From the NCBI RefSeq assembly GCF_039654945.1, contig NW_027361738.1, positions 65,100,001-65,164,000 of the forward strand: a stretch of 64,000 nucleotides of DNA, written 5' to 3'. The translations under genes and the position numbers were made by a program. The DNA comes from Dendrobates tinctorius (Eukaryota). Below, one piece after another: positions 37,067 through 48,802 of this stretch. How positions within the stretch are numbered: position 1 is the first letter of the stretch; every line of letters begins with the position of its first letter. The notes below the pieces were generated by a model that worked only from the letters and a program-made list of their open reading frames with translations, searched no databases and had not been told where the DNA came from.

Positions 37067-39214
37067 GTATTCCCAGCACTGGGTGTCACACTGGCAAACA
37101 AGCAACCAACAAAAAAACACACCCAAAACTTGGTATTATCCCTCAACCATCCAGATAAAATGTCTGACGACCTCCTCACCTCCTTTATTGTTCCCTAGAA
37201 TAGTTTTATTTACAAGCAGCTTTTCTATTCCCAGTGACAAGAGATAGATTGGAGCAGAAGATTTATCTTTGTGTTTACAAATAACATTAAATCTGACGTT
37301 TCCATCCCAATGTTTGAAGCCCCTGCGAATGATGTGATTAATATTAATTACTTATCCATTAGACTTGCTCATTAATTCATAAGAATGAAGTGCACCATAA
37401 ATATTAGGCACAAAGTATACTTCGCTGAGGCTATACCCATGGAGATCGCATGGAAGTAACTATCACACATGCTCATCATTTCATGCTCTATCAGAAACTG
37501 TCAGCAAGCAGGTTAGCTTTAAGAAAAAGTCTGCCATTGTAAAAAAAAAAAAAATAAAGATACAAAATAAGAAAATAAGCTTTATGGTAAAGGCCCAAAG
37601 ACTGGGGCTTCAGTACTGAGAGCCTCAGATGATCTCATAGATTACATCATTTACATGTCCCCCATGATTTGTTTCAAATGCAGTGATAACACGGAGACCT
37701 TGTGTGGACTTATATTCTAGTGGGCTCAACAGGATTTTCAAGGATTACAAAACATGTCTGCTTTTCAATCAGGAACTACACCATCACTGACTATAGATCG
37801 TGTCTGGTTTTGCGACTCAGCCCCATTGAAGTGAATGGAACTGAGATGCAATACCACAGACAACCCGTAGTCAATGGTGTGACTGTTTCTGAAAGAAAGC
37901 AGACATTTTTTTTTTCATCCTAGACAACCCCTCTAAGTAGTGCCAGCCATGTGTGTGCATTAAAAATTTTTTTTAAAAATATGTATGTAGCTGTTTGGGT
38001 TCACACAAGGTCATCAAAACAAGTCTACGCCTAACAGAAATCAAAACAGGGAATATCCTCATCAGGATCTGTCAGTAGAGTAACTTCAGGTTTTAAGTCT
38101 GTAACTTCAAGCCTCAATAATTCATCTTGAGAAAAATTTGTTTGAAAACAAAATGTGCTTTACACACCCTCCCCGGGTCCAGTGCTGAGTCTCCACCGCT
38201 GCTCCTGATGTCTGGTACTGTCTGCAGAGTCCTCGGTGCTGGAGCCAATAACTGGGCTCGGCTTCTCTGCCCAAATTGACAATAACGGGCACTGGAGACA
38301 GTGTCTGAGACTCAGCACTTGACCAGGGGAGGGTGAGTAAGCATGGTTTGTAGTTTTTAAACAAACTGCTGCCAGGGAAGCGGCGTTTTCCAAAACATTT
38401 ATGGCTTATACTCCAGGGCTTTGAACTCCTCCTCCTAATCTGCACCATGTAGAGGCCATGTTGATTCTCCTAGATGTGTCCACTTGATTCAATACCCAGG
38501 CGCAGCAGCTTTTCCACATGGGCGGCTGTGCCTGGTATTGAGACTTTATCTGATTCAGTCCCATTGAAGTAAAAGGGATGAGCTACAGAAGACCTTTATC
38601 TGAATGTGTTAATAATGAAGGCTCCTTCGTTGTGCTGGATAGTTGGGTTCCTAGATGTCTGACCCCATTAATCGAACATTGAAGGCTATTCCTCTAAGTT
38701 TTAATGAACTTCCATAACTCTGTTATAGATGTAGTTTTTCCTTTACCAAGCGTCTCTCACTTTGGAGAACCCCGTGTGTCCTTGTGTTACATGAACAGGT
38801 CGCTATTTTAAAAGTATCTAATATAAGAAAAACATTGAAAAAGTGGCTCAAAGAGTCATCTGCTTCTTCATATCGCAGCACCAACAAAGGTCCCACCATT
38901 GTCATTGATTATTTTGACCACAACTGAGTCCTGGAGGAAGAAGGAGGACTCTTCATATTGCCCATCGAAGCAACGTCTGTAGTATTGAGGCCACTGAGAG
39001 TCGTGGACAAACGTTTAGGCTGTTACCAGGCATTACCATACCATTAGCATTACCTCTCCTTAGTGGCGTAACTTGAAGGTCATGGACCCCGATTACTGCA
39101 AGTCTTTTACACTATTGGTCTTTTCCTATAGGGCTTTTTGGACCCCTTAGGCTCCAGGCTTGGTTGTGATTTCAACCCCTACGCCTATTGTAGATACACC
39201 CATGTCTCTCCTTA

Positions 39215-39732
39215 GGCCTCTTTCACACATCAGTTTTTTGCCTTCAGGCGCGATCCGGCTTTTTTTTGTAAAACCGGATCCGGCAAAATGCAATGCCGGA
39301 TCCAGTTTTTCCCCATTGACTTGCATTAGCGCCGGATCGTGCCGGATGGCATTGCGTTTCATCCGTTTTTTGCCGGATCCGGCAACTTGTCTCATTCCGG
39401 CGTCTGGAAAAAACGGCTACTGTAACGTTTTTTGTCTCCGGCGAAAAAGCCGGAAGCGCCGGATCCGGCGCTTCCAGCTTTTTGCTACAATGAAAGTCTA
39501 TGGGCGCCGGATCCAGAAAAAGACGGATCCAGCCACCGGATCCGTTTTTTTTTAAGTCTGCGCATGCTCAGATCCAATTGGCCAGCCCCCAGGAACAGAT
39601 ATAACCTGCTAGACGGATCCAGCAAAAAAACGGATCCGTTTCTACAGTTCTCCAAAATTTATGCCGGATCCGTTTTTTCTAAAAATAGCCGGATCCTGCC
39701 TGACGGCAAAAAACTGATGTGTGAAAGTAGCC
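39215..39732. mobile_element. PIF/Harbinger-type MITE
   Basis: TTA|GGCCTCTTTCACACATCAGTTTTTTGCC...GGCAAAAAACTGATGTGTGAAAGTAGCC|TTA with CCGGATCC repeats. Confidence 0.85.
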
Positions 39733-40148
39733 TTAGAAATCACATCTTATGTGATAACTTCGGGAATACGCTGTGCGTCGTACACAGAAGTTCCAGGGGC
39801 AGCCGCACTTTGTGTCTTAAAGTTGTCCAAGTTACATCATTTTCCTACACCGCATTGTCTGTCGGATCTTTTTATATCGGACTCCCCTTTTTTTTCTCTC
39901 CATAGTTTCTATTAACAATAGTCTGGATCTTGAAAGAGAGAGGACGCTCTGATGTTAGCTGAAGAGCAGCTTTCATCTCTTACCTTTGATGAGGACAATA
40001 TCCTGACATCCTGTAACCTCTATTATATTTTCCGTAATATCCTTAATGCCACCGGCGTTAGATAATGACTCTCTTCCTCCTCCTCCTCCGCTCTCCTAGG
40101 ACGGGTAGATTGGAGACTCTGACACATTTTAATTGTTTTGTTTTCCAG

Positions 40149-40332
40149 GATAGAAAGATTGGCCAACGATATCATGAAAGACATCGGAGACAATCAGATC
40201 ACCGTCCTGTGTGTGCTCAAAGGGGGCTACAAATTTTGCGCTGACCTTGTAGAACAAATCAAAAACCTGAGCCGCAATTCGGAAAGGTTCATCTCTATGA
40301 GAGTAGACTTTATCAGGCTGCGGAGTTACTGT
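40149..40332 (+). CDS. PRTFDC1: PRTFDC1 exon 3
   Basis: [61 protein letters not shown]; 184 nt. Confidence 0.95.
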
Positions 40333-41231
40333 GTAAGTCAATTATTATTATTATAGTCTTTTTCAAAACGGCCTAAAATAAAAAAGCTTTGGGGCCTTGT
40401 TTGATCATCGACTATCGTTCCAGACAAAAAGTAGATTTCAGCATGAACTAATATTTCTATATATTTTATGCAATCAGGTTAGTTTTACAAGGCCAATCCC
40501 TGTCCACATGCACCACGGTAAGAGTCCTCATACATGGGGACGAGGAAGGGATGGTGTAGGGGTCAGGGCAACCTGCAAAAATGGAAGTCTCCTTTTTTTG
40601 GATGTTTGATATCCTGCATTCTTGCGTTAAGTAAACTGTATGGCTGGACTTGGCACTGGGGTTACAGAAGCTGGACGCATGACCATTGATTGATTCACAA
40701 ATTTGCTGCATGAGTTGTAATTTTCGTAACAAGGATGGGATTACATTCTATCCTGGAAGATCAATAAAAGCCTTTTGAGTTTCTTTTAGAAAGGTTTGCT
40801 TTATATTCCAGTAGAGCTTCTGAATCTGATTCCCCTCATGGGTTGGTGTAACTACAGCTCTAGAAATCCATGGTGGTGGCTTTTTGTCGCTTAGCTCCTC
40901 TGAGGGTTCTCCTTCGTGTAGAAGATCTAATTATATGGCAAAAGTCACCAGACAAATTATTTTATAGCATCGTTAGACCTGGTACTAATGCACCAAGTTG
41001 GAAGACATTCGCGAGCCACATGTGGCTCCTGAGCTACAGGTTGGGGACCCTCCGTTCTAGGGCATGTCCAGCCTTTTGAGTCTCTTTTGGAAAGGTTTGC
41101 CTTATGTTCCAGTAGAGCATCTGATTCCTCATGGATGGGTGTAACTACAGCTCTAGAAATCCATGGTGGTGTTTTTTTGTTGCTTAGCTCCTCTGAGGGT
41201 TCTCCTTTGTTTAGAAGATCTAATTCTATGT

Positions 41232-41714
41232 CAGTGGTCCCCAACCTTTCTTACCTCAAGAGCCACTCAGCTCTGAGAGGTTTGAGAGCCACATCCAGTG
41301 CCTTAAATTAGTCACATCAAGCTCCTGCCTCCCACATTAGTGACACCCACTTCCCTCTTTATTGATATGACAGCCAAAGCTTCCCCATAATGAAGCAATA
41401 TGCTTACATCCAGGGGTTTACTCTTTACCCCCCATTTGGTATTTTGGCAACAAGCACTCTCACCGTGTTCTTGCATCTGGTTTCAAGCAGCCTTCTGACT
41501 GACAGTGTCCTCCTTTCTCCACCTTACCATAACTCCCGTAATTTACATCTTCAACCAGTAGACCAGTTCAGATCTGCACTTAATGGCTTCTCGCAAAAGT
41601 CACCATCTAGAGACAAGTTCTTTTATAGCATTGTTAGACCTGGTGGTAATGCACCAAGTTGGGCCGACAGTCGCGAGCCACATATGGCTCCTGAGCTACG
41701 GGTTGAGGACCCTC
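41232..41714. mobile_element. hAT (Charlie-like) non-autonomous element
   Basis: CAGTGGTCCCCAACCT...GGTTGAGGACCCTC. The same 3' end occurs at 40935-41052 and 24770-24911. Confidence 0.55.
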
Positions 41715-42938
41715 TTTCTAGGGAATGTCCAGTTTCAAAAGTACACATTCATGAATTAATAATGGGGGTCCTAAGTTCAAGAGTCTTCTCTCTCTTGCCC
41801 AAAATGGAGAGCGGGGTAACAGGACATGCCAGAAGTGTCCAATATCCTGAGAATGAGAATCCATGGAGCGCTGTCAGGAATTAAGAGATGCGCCTTTCTC
41901 GAGATTCATCATTTGTACAGTAGTACTGAAAATTGCTGACCACATGGGTAGCCACCTTTCCATTTCTGATAGTTTGCAACATGGCCCTGTTCTCCACATA
42001 CATTAGATGTAGGTCGAAGAGATGGGATTCACAGCTAAGCTAACAGTCATGGCATATTCCATTATTATGCTATAAAAGTCTCACAATCGATATCACATTT
42101 TGGTTCCCCTATGATCAGGTTGCAGGGAAATTAAATACTTTTTTAACAGATTTCCCCACTGATTCTAATAATTGATCACTGGTTGACCCAATATTGAAAT
42201 ACTTTATCTACTTATAATTAAAGGACCATTCTAACAAGTAGGATTTGTCCAAAACAGAGCTCCTAAAGCAGTTCTGTCGCCAGATTTTACATTAGAAACG
42301 GTATCCATTATTAAATATATGACTTGACGGTGTACTTACTTTGAAAATCCATGTCAGAACGTCTGTGTAATTTTCATTTTAAAAATGAGCATTTTACGAA
42401 ATCAGATAAAGAGTCCAAGTGTATTCGATCTCCGCCCGCCCAGCCTGAATGACTGCTGCAGCTTGTTCTGAGCAGTGCGAGATCTCAGCAGGGAGGAGGG
42501 ACATTGAGGAGCTGGCAATAGGGCTAAGTGAGTGAATATTGAGTGTAAACTTTTCAAAAAGAATAAGGTCATTCTGACATGGATTTGCAAAGTAAGTGCA
42601 CCAATCTCATCATGTACGAATAATTTATTTATATATGTGCAGTTTGTATTGTGTGATACCGAAAGCAGATCTGCCTTAAAATTAGGAGAATGAAGGAACT
42701 AAAGGTTCCTTTTCCTGATTACTAGTGAGGAGCGAACGTGCTCAGATAAGGTGTTATCCGACATTGCTTGTGTGCTAACCTAGTGTCTTCGGTGTCCTCA
42801 AAAAATATATTCAAGACCCTGCGGCTGCTCGACAGCCGCAACACATGCAGGGATTGCCAGTTTGTTAGGCAATTCGCAGATCACTACTGATTACCTATAC
42901 AGTGAAACTCCGGGTCACTGATATGCAGGAAACTGTAA

Positions 42939-43756
42939 GGGCCCCGTCACACATAGCGACTCACCAGCGATCCCGACAACGATATCAACTTGTCAGGATC
43001 GCTGGTGTGTCGCTACATGATCGCTGGTGAGCTGCCAAACCAGCGACAATGAGCGTTCGCGTCGCTGTGTACCTTAGATACCAGCGCGCTGGTGCAGGGA
43101 GCTGGTAACCAAGGTAAACATCGGGTTTCTAAGCTCCGCGTGGCGCTTAGAAACTCACTGTTTACCTTGGTTACAAGCTTGAGCTCGCTGATCTCCCGCC
43201 TGCCACACGCAGCGATGCGTGCTGGCCAGCGGGAGACCAACGATCGAAAAAATGTCCACCCCTTTCCACAACGATCAGCGATACCCGGCAGGGGGGCCGG
43301 TCGCTGATGGGTGTCACACACAGCGATCTCGCTGGTGAGATCGCTGTTGGGTCACACAACTTGTGACTCAACAGCGATCTCACTAGCGAGATCACTGTGT
43401 GTGACGGGGGCTTAAGGGCCTGTTACACTAAGCGATATCGCTATGTCTGATACTTACCTCCGACCACTCCCCCACTGGTTATCGCTGATCGCGTGAGAAC
43501 GTCCTGGGCCGTTTCTCGTCTTCAGCTTCCTGCTGGGGCTTCCTGCTGTGACGACAAGTGACGCGTGGAGCCGGGCGGGAGGACGCAGGATCGCCTCGTC
43601 TGACAGGTAAGTAGCGACCCCCGACCCCTGCGATGTCGCTGGTGAGATCTGCCTGTGTGGCAGCTCACTAGCGACCACTTAGCGATGTACCAGCGATCCT
43701 GACCGCGTCATATCGCTGGTCGGGATCGCTGGTACATTGCTAAGTGTGACAGTACC
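42939..43756. mobile_element. Two abutting Harbinger-type MITEs (about 42939-43411 and 43416-43756)
   Basis: GGGCCCCGTCACACA...TGTGTGACGGGGGC-TTAA-GGGCCTGTTACACT...AGTGTGACAGTACC-TTAA. Confidence 0.78.
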
Positions 43757-43788
43757 TTAAGGCTGTTCCATTCAGAGAAGTGTGGTTG

Positions 43789-43964
43789 TGCCACAGTGGG
43801 TGCTGGCTGGTGCCACAGTGGGTGCTGGCTGGTACCACAGTGGGTGCTGGCTGGTGCCACAGTGGGTGCTGGCTGGTGCCACAGTGGGTGCTGGCTGGTG
43901 CCACAGTGGGTGGTGGCTGGTGCCACAGTGGGTGATGGCTGGTGCCACAGTGGGTGGTGGCTGG
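43789..43964. repeat. 22-bp minisatellite
   Basis: About 8 copies of TGCCACAGTGGGTGCTGGCTGG. Confidence 0.92.
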
Positions 43965-45446
43965 CGTCACTGTGCAGAAAATCTATTTTTTCGGAGGTTT
44001 GTTGTGGGTTGTGACAGTTGGCTCACCACCAATCAGTACTTGCTAAAATATCAAACCAATGAGTTTAATAGGGGCAAGATTTGTAAGAGCAATGGCTGCC
44101 ATACTTTAGTTTTTATGCATGTACCAGATTACTGAAAACCAAATTCTTCTATATTTTGGAATTTTCTGTGTGCAATACTTTAGCTTGACCGCATATGGCG
44201 ACTTCAGTTTTACCTTCTCCTCGATACCTCACCGCCTCCTATCATCCCCCTCTTTCCTTTCTCCTGAGAATAAGACACGGTACAATTTAAATTCTTTGGA
44301 TAATTTTGGCCACAGCGGCCAATTTTATTAACAAACATTAACAATAAACATTAAATAATTCAAAATTATGAGGGGAGGGTTCTTGGAGCTAGAAAGATCT
44401 GGCTATAAACTTATTTCCACCATGTTACCCCCAGCCGTCCAGCCCAGCTCGAGGGCACCGTAACTCCCCTTCTGGGAGACCAACCACCATAGCTCCCGAG
44501 GTAAAACCCCATCCAGAGCCCATACCCAAAAGCCAGATCCCCCATACCATTTTAAACTGTCGGGAATGTTACTTCCGAATCCTTCCCCGACCAATCACCG
44601 TCAACTCCAAGAACCCCACCCCCCGCCCCACAGCCACTGTGACAACAGCAACAACGACGCCTCGTATAGACCCTGACAAGAATTTATACACCGATCACCT
44701 TTTTTTTTTTTTTTTTTTTTTAAAACGAACATCCCCTAGCAGCCCCCAACATGCTACCCAAAACAGGGAGGGTGGGTGGGACTTCTCTCCTCTGCTCCTG
44801 GCTGGTGAGTGCGGTTTTTCCCGCACTTTTTCCCTAATACAGGCTGCCCCCACCTCAAACCCCTCCCCCGGCCCCCGTCCCGGCCAACCATTTCAAACTG
44901 GCACAACACTAGTTCAAACTTCCCGCCCATAGCAGTCATGGGGGGCTTCCCCTAGGCTGTGCCCTTCCCCAGCCCCCTTCTTGACCGCATATGGCGACTT
45001 CAGTTTTACCTTCTCCTCGATACCTCACCGCCTCCTATCATCCCCCTCTTTCCTTTCTCCTGAGAATAAGACACGGTACAATTTAAATTCTTTGGATAAT
45101 TTTGGCCACAGCGGCCAATTTTATTAACAAACATTAACAATAAACATTAAATAATTCAAAATTATGAGGGGAGGGTTCTTGGAGCTAGAAAGATCTGGCT
45201 ATAAACTTATTTCCACCATGTTACCCCCAGCCGTCCAGCCCAGCTCGAGGGCACCGTAACTCCCCTTCTGGGAGACCAACCACCATAGCTCCCGAGGTAA
45301 AACCCCGTCCAGAGCCCATACCCAAAAGCCAGATCCCCCATACCATTTTAAACTGTCGGGAATGTTACTTCCGAATCCTTCCCCGACCAATCACCGTCAA
45401 CTCCAAGAACCCCACCCCCCGCCAACCACGAACAGCCCTGACCACC

Positions 45447-46091
45447 TCAGGCTCGTGAGTGCCCCAAAACCACCAAGGCCCTCTCGATCCCCTCCTGTAT
45501 TGACAGTGCCCATAAATCAATACCAATAGAATTTAAATGAACCCCATCGGCCAACCAAAAATTACCGGCACCTGTCTCCAATTCAAAGTGACGAACACTA
45601 ATGCCCCCATTCCTGGACACAAACGCCGACACCGCGCGATTCAATTTCACCCTTGCCCTGTTAATCCCTTTCAACGATCTCGCTTGCCTCCACCTCTGTC
45701 TGGGTACCACATCTGACCATACCGTCACCACGTTCGGGAACGATGTCCACAACCTCAAAAAATCGGAACGTATGTCCCTAATTAATTCTCTCACCGGCCT
45801 GACCCCTAAATCATTGCCCCCCACATGGAAAACAATAATGTCGGGGGTTCTATCCAAGCGAGCGGACTTGGTTAACTCCAGGAGCACCCTGCTCCATACC
45901 ATTCCTCGGAAACCCAACCAACGGACCAGCACCTGCTCCCTCCCAAAGCCCAATTGCCTACCATCTGGCCTCGCGTCGGCTCGTAGCGCACCCCAATAAA
46001 CGTAAGAGTGTCCGAATATCCATGCAAGAAAGGGGTCGCCACCTGGAAAAAACACAACAGAATATAGGAAAAACACATCGAGGACATGCAA
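45447..46091 (-). CDS. SGNH/GDSL hydrolase-like ORF of the Ngaro element
   Basis: Block I WIFGHSYV, block II LGFRG, block III HVGGNDL, block V ADGVHLN. The true start is uncertain. Confidence 0.8.
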   Translation of the reverse strand: MHVLDVFFLYSVVFFPGGDPFLAWIFGHSYVYWGALRADARPDGRQLGFGREQVLVRWLGFRGMVWSRVLLELTKSARLDRTPDIIVFHVGGNDLGVRPVRELIRDIRSDFLRLWTSFPNVVTVWSDVVPRQRWRQARSLKGINRARVKLNRAVSAFVSRNGGISVRHFELETGAGNFWLADGVHLNSIGIDLWALSIQEGIERALVVLGHSRA

Positions 46092-46100
46092 ACCACGCAG

Positions 46101-47012
46101 CTAACGCCGAACATACAGTAAATACCGATCCGACTGCCACCTGCCAATTCTCCTAATCGCATCAGCCCCCAACCCAAGGCTGTCCGCTTCGGTCGCAGCA
46201 CCAATTCTAAATGAATGAGACCCATACATGTCCTGGGGAAGGCCCAACTCTACCAATCCCTTCTTCAAAACCGCAATGAACTGGAACCGAGACAAATAGG
46301 TGCCGTCCGCATGGCACAAGAGAGGACCCGTCCTACCCGCCCATACGCCCCAATATGCTTCCAAACAGCCACTAGGGCACATTAATGCCCCATCAACTCG
46401 CCCCAAAACTACCCGTCTGCCCCTACCCTGTTGATCAGTTTTTGAACACCGAATCCAAAAAACAATGCCCCCCGCCCAAAATTCCACATCTTCTGCCAAC
46501 ACCCCTCCCGCCGAAACCCTGCTGCCTGACACCACCTCGCCAATGCGCATTGCCCCAAATAAGGCCAAAGAAAAAGCCAGCCGAAACAGGGCCAACTCAA
46601 AAACTGACGTGCAAATACCCCCAAGGACTCTGCCTAAGCCTTCCAACGTACTAAACGAAATAGGCCTTCGTTTGTCCCCGGCTTTGTTACCCCTCCGAAA
46701 CCCTTTTAACGCCTGACTCACTAAGAAGCTCTTCGTAACGTCCCCCACCCCTTGCAACTTGAAACCGAAAGCTAAACCCGCTACAAACTTGTTTACCTTA
46801 GCAGCAGACCAACCGCTGTCAGCTGCCTTCCCAATTAAAAACAATACCGCCAACATCCTATCCTCATCACTTTCGACCCCACCCCACTCTGCCAACCAAC
46901 TCTGCCATACTCGCCACGAAGAATCGTAGGCCGACCATGTCTGCTGCGATAAGGATTCCCGAATCAGTCTTCCTGCTCTTCCGTAATCACCTTCCACAGA
47001 AAGGAAGGGCAT
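46101..47012 (-). CDS. Ngaro tyrosine recombinase
   Basis: GAMRIGE (Arg), SKTDQ, HSFRIGAAT (His-x-x-Arg), and GRWQSDRYLLYVR (Trp/Tyr) catalytic signature. Confidence 0.9.
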   Translation of the reverse strand: MPFLSVEGDYGRAGRLIRESLSQQTWSAYDSSWRVWQSWLAEWGGVESDEDRMLAVLFLIGKAADSGWSAAKVNKFVAGLAFGFKLQGVGDVTKSFLVSQALKGFRRGNKAGDKRRPISFSTLEGLGRVLGGICTSVFELALFRLAFSLALFGAMRIGEVVSGSRVSAGGVLAEDVEFWAGGIVFWIRCSKTDQQGRGRRVVLGRVDGALMCPSGCLEAYWGVWAGRTGPLLCHADGTYLSRFQFIAVLKKGLVELGLPQDMYGSHSFRIGAATEADSLGLGADAIRRIGRWQSDRYLLYVRR

Positions 47013-48802
47013 TCCACGCCCGTGGCATCCGCTCCTGGCGAAAACGGCCCCACTGAAAACGAGACAAAGAGTCTGCTATTGAATTCGTAACCCCGGGCAC
47101 ATGCACTGCAGAAATCCCTGCGTACAAATCCAGACAGCGAAGAACCAAAACCCTAACCAATCTAACTACGGGGGGAGAGGAGGCCGACAAACTGTTAATG
47201 ACCGCTACAACACTCGCGTTGTCGCAATGAAGGCGCACTCTCCTATTTTCGAACATGGGACCCCACACCAAAACAGCTACCACGATAGGAAACAGCTCCA
47301 ATAGTGCCAAGTTTTTGGTAAGGCCCAACAACTTCCACGCCTGAGGCCACCGCCCCACACTCCACCTACCCTTACAGTAGGCGCCGTAACCAAAGCCGCC
47401 TGCTGCATCCGTAAATATTTCAAAATCAAAATTGCTCAATGTCTCCTCCTGCATCAGCGACCGCCCATTGTAATTCCGCAAAAACCGCTGCCAAACCATC
47501 AAATCGTCCCTATGCTCCTTCGTCAAGCGAACGTAATGGTGCGGAGCCTTTCACTCCCGCCGTCGCGCTAGCCAAACGACGAGAAAAAATTCGACCCATA
47601 GGCATGATCCTGCAGGCAAAGTTCAATCTCCCCAATAGGGATTGTAATTCCTTGAGGGTCACTTTGCGCAACTTCGAAATCCTGTCTACCTCCTGTTTCA
47701 ACAATGCCAACTTGTCCTCTGGTAACCGACACTCCATCCTCTCCGAATCGACAACTATGCCCAAAAAACTTATAACAGCCTTAGGGCCTTCCGTCTTCTC
47801 AGATGCCAGCGGCACCCCAAAATGCTCCGCCACCCAAACCATGCCTGCCAACGCGTTCCTACACAACGGCGAATCCGGGGGGCCAATAAAAAGAAAATCA
47901 TCCAGATAATGAATGATCGACTGCATTCCTGTAACATCCCTTACCACCCACTCCAGAAAAGTGCTAAACGTCTCAAACAAGGAACAAGAAATTGCGCAAC
48001 CCATCGGCAAACACCTATCGAGGTAGAAATTCCCCCTCCAAAAACATCCCAGCAGCGGGATACTATCTGCATGAACCGGTAGTAACCGAAAAGCGGACTC
48101 AATGTCTGTCTTTGCCAACAAAGCCCCTGACCCATAACGTCGCACCCACTTAACCGCCGTATCAAAAGAGGTATACTCCACAGAACACAACTCCCTATCG
48201 ATACCGTCATTAACTGACAAGCCTTTTGGATAAGACAAATGCTGAATCAAACGAAACTTATTCGGCTCCCTCTTAGGCACAACCCCCAACGGGGAAACAA
48301 TCACGCCCGCAACAGGAGCCGTGGGGAACGGACCGGCCATCCTGCCCAAATCCACTTCCTTTTTTAACTTCTCATCTACTACCTCCTCATGCATTATTGC
48401 CGACCGCAAATTTTTAACAGAAAAAGGAACCACATGGCCAGGAGGTGGAATCCTGAAACCGTCAACAAAACCATTCAAAAGCACGCTGGCCTCTGCCCGA
48501 GCCGGGTACCTACTTAGAAAGGGGGCCATCTCTTGAACCCTCACCGGGCTCTCCCCCTTGACCGGCACCCACATTTGGCTTTCCTTTCCCTTTCTTAAAA
48601 CATTTGGAAGCGCCGTGTGAGCTACCGTTGCAGTGGGAGCACACGTGCTTGAACTTGCAGCCAGCCCCGTACTTGCACTGCCCGTCATTAAATTGCCAGC
48701 ACGCTCCCGACTTCTCTCTTCCTCCCTGGGTTGCCTGAGCACTGCTACCCTGACCTGCTTGCTGACTGCTGCTACCCCCGCTCCCGTGAAAGGACTGCCC
48801 AT
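46987..48802 (-). CDS. Ngaro reverse transcriptase / RNase H (frameshift near 47530)
   Basis: SPLGVVPK...FRLIQHLS, KTDIESAFR, LPMG, HYLDDFL; RNase H motifs FTDAAGG, LLELFPI, HCDN, NSIADSLSR. Confidence 0.88.

Noticed and set aside
41390-41884. 164-aa ORF
   Set aside because: Runs through a non-autonomous hAT element and resembles no protein I recognise.
43789-43964. CRISPR-like array or repetitive protein ORFs
   Set aside because: Head-to-tail 22-bp units with no unique spacers in vertebrate DNA. The ORFs are by-products of the minisatellite.
44185-45423. Tandem duplication or assembly error
   Set aside because: The arrangement is exactly the split-direct-repeat structure of a Ngaro element, and the copies differ slightly.
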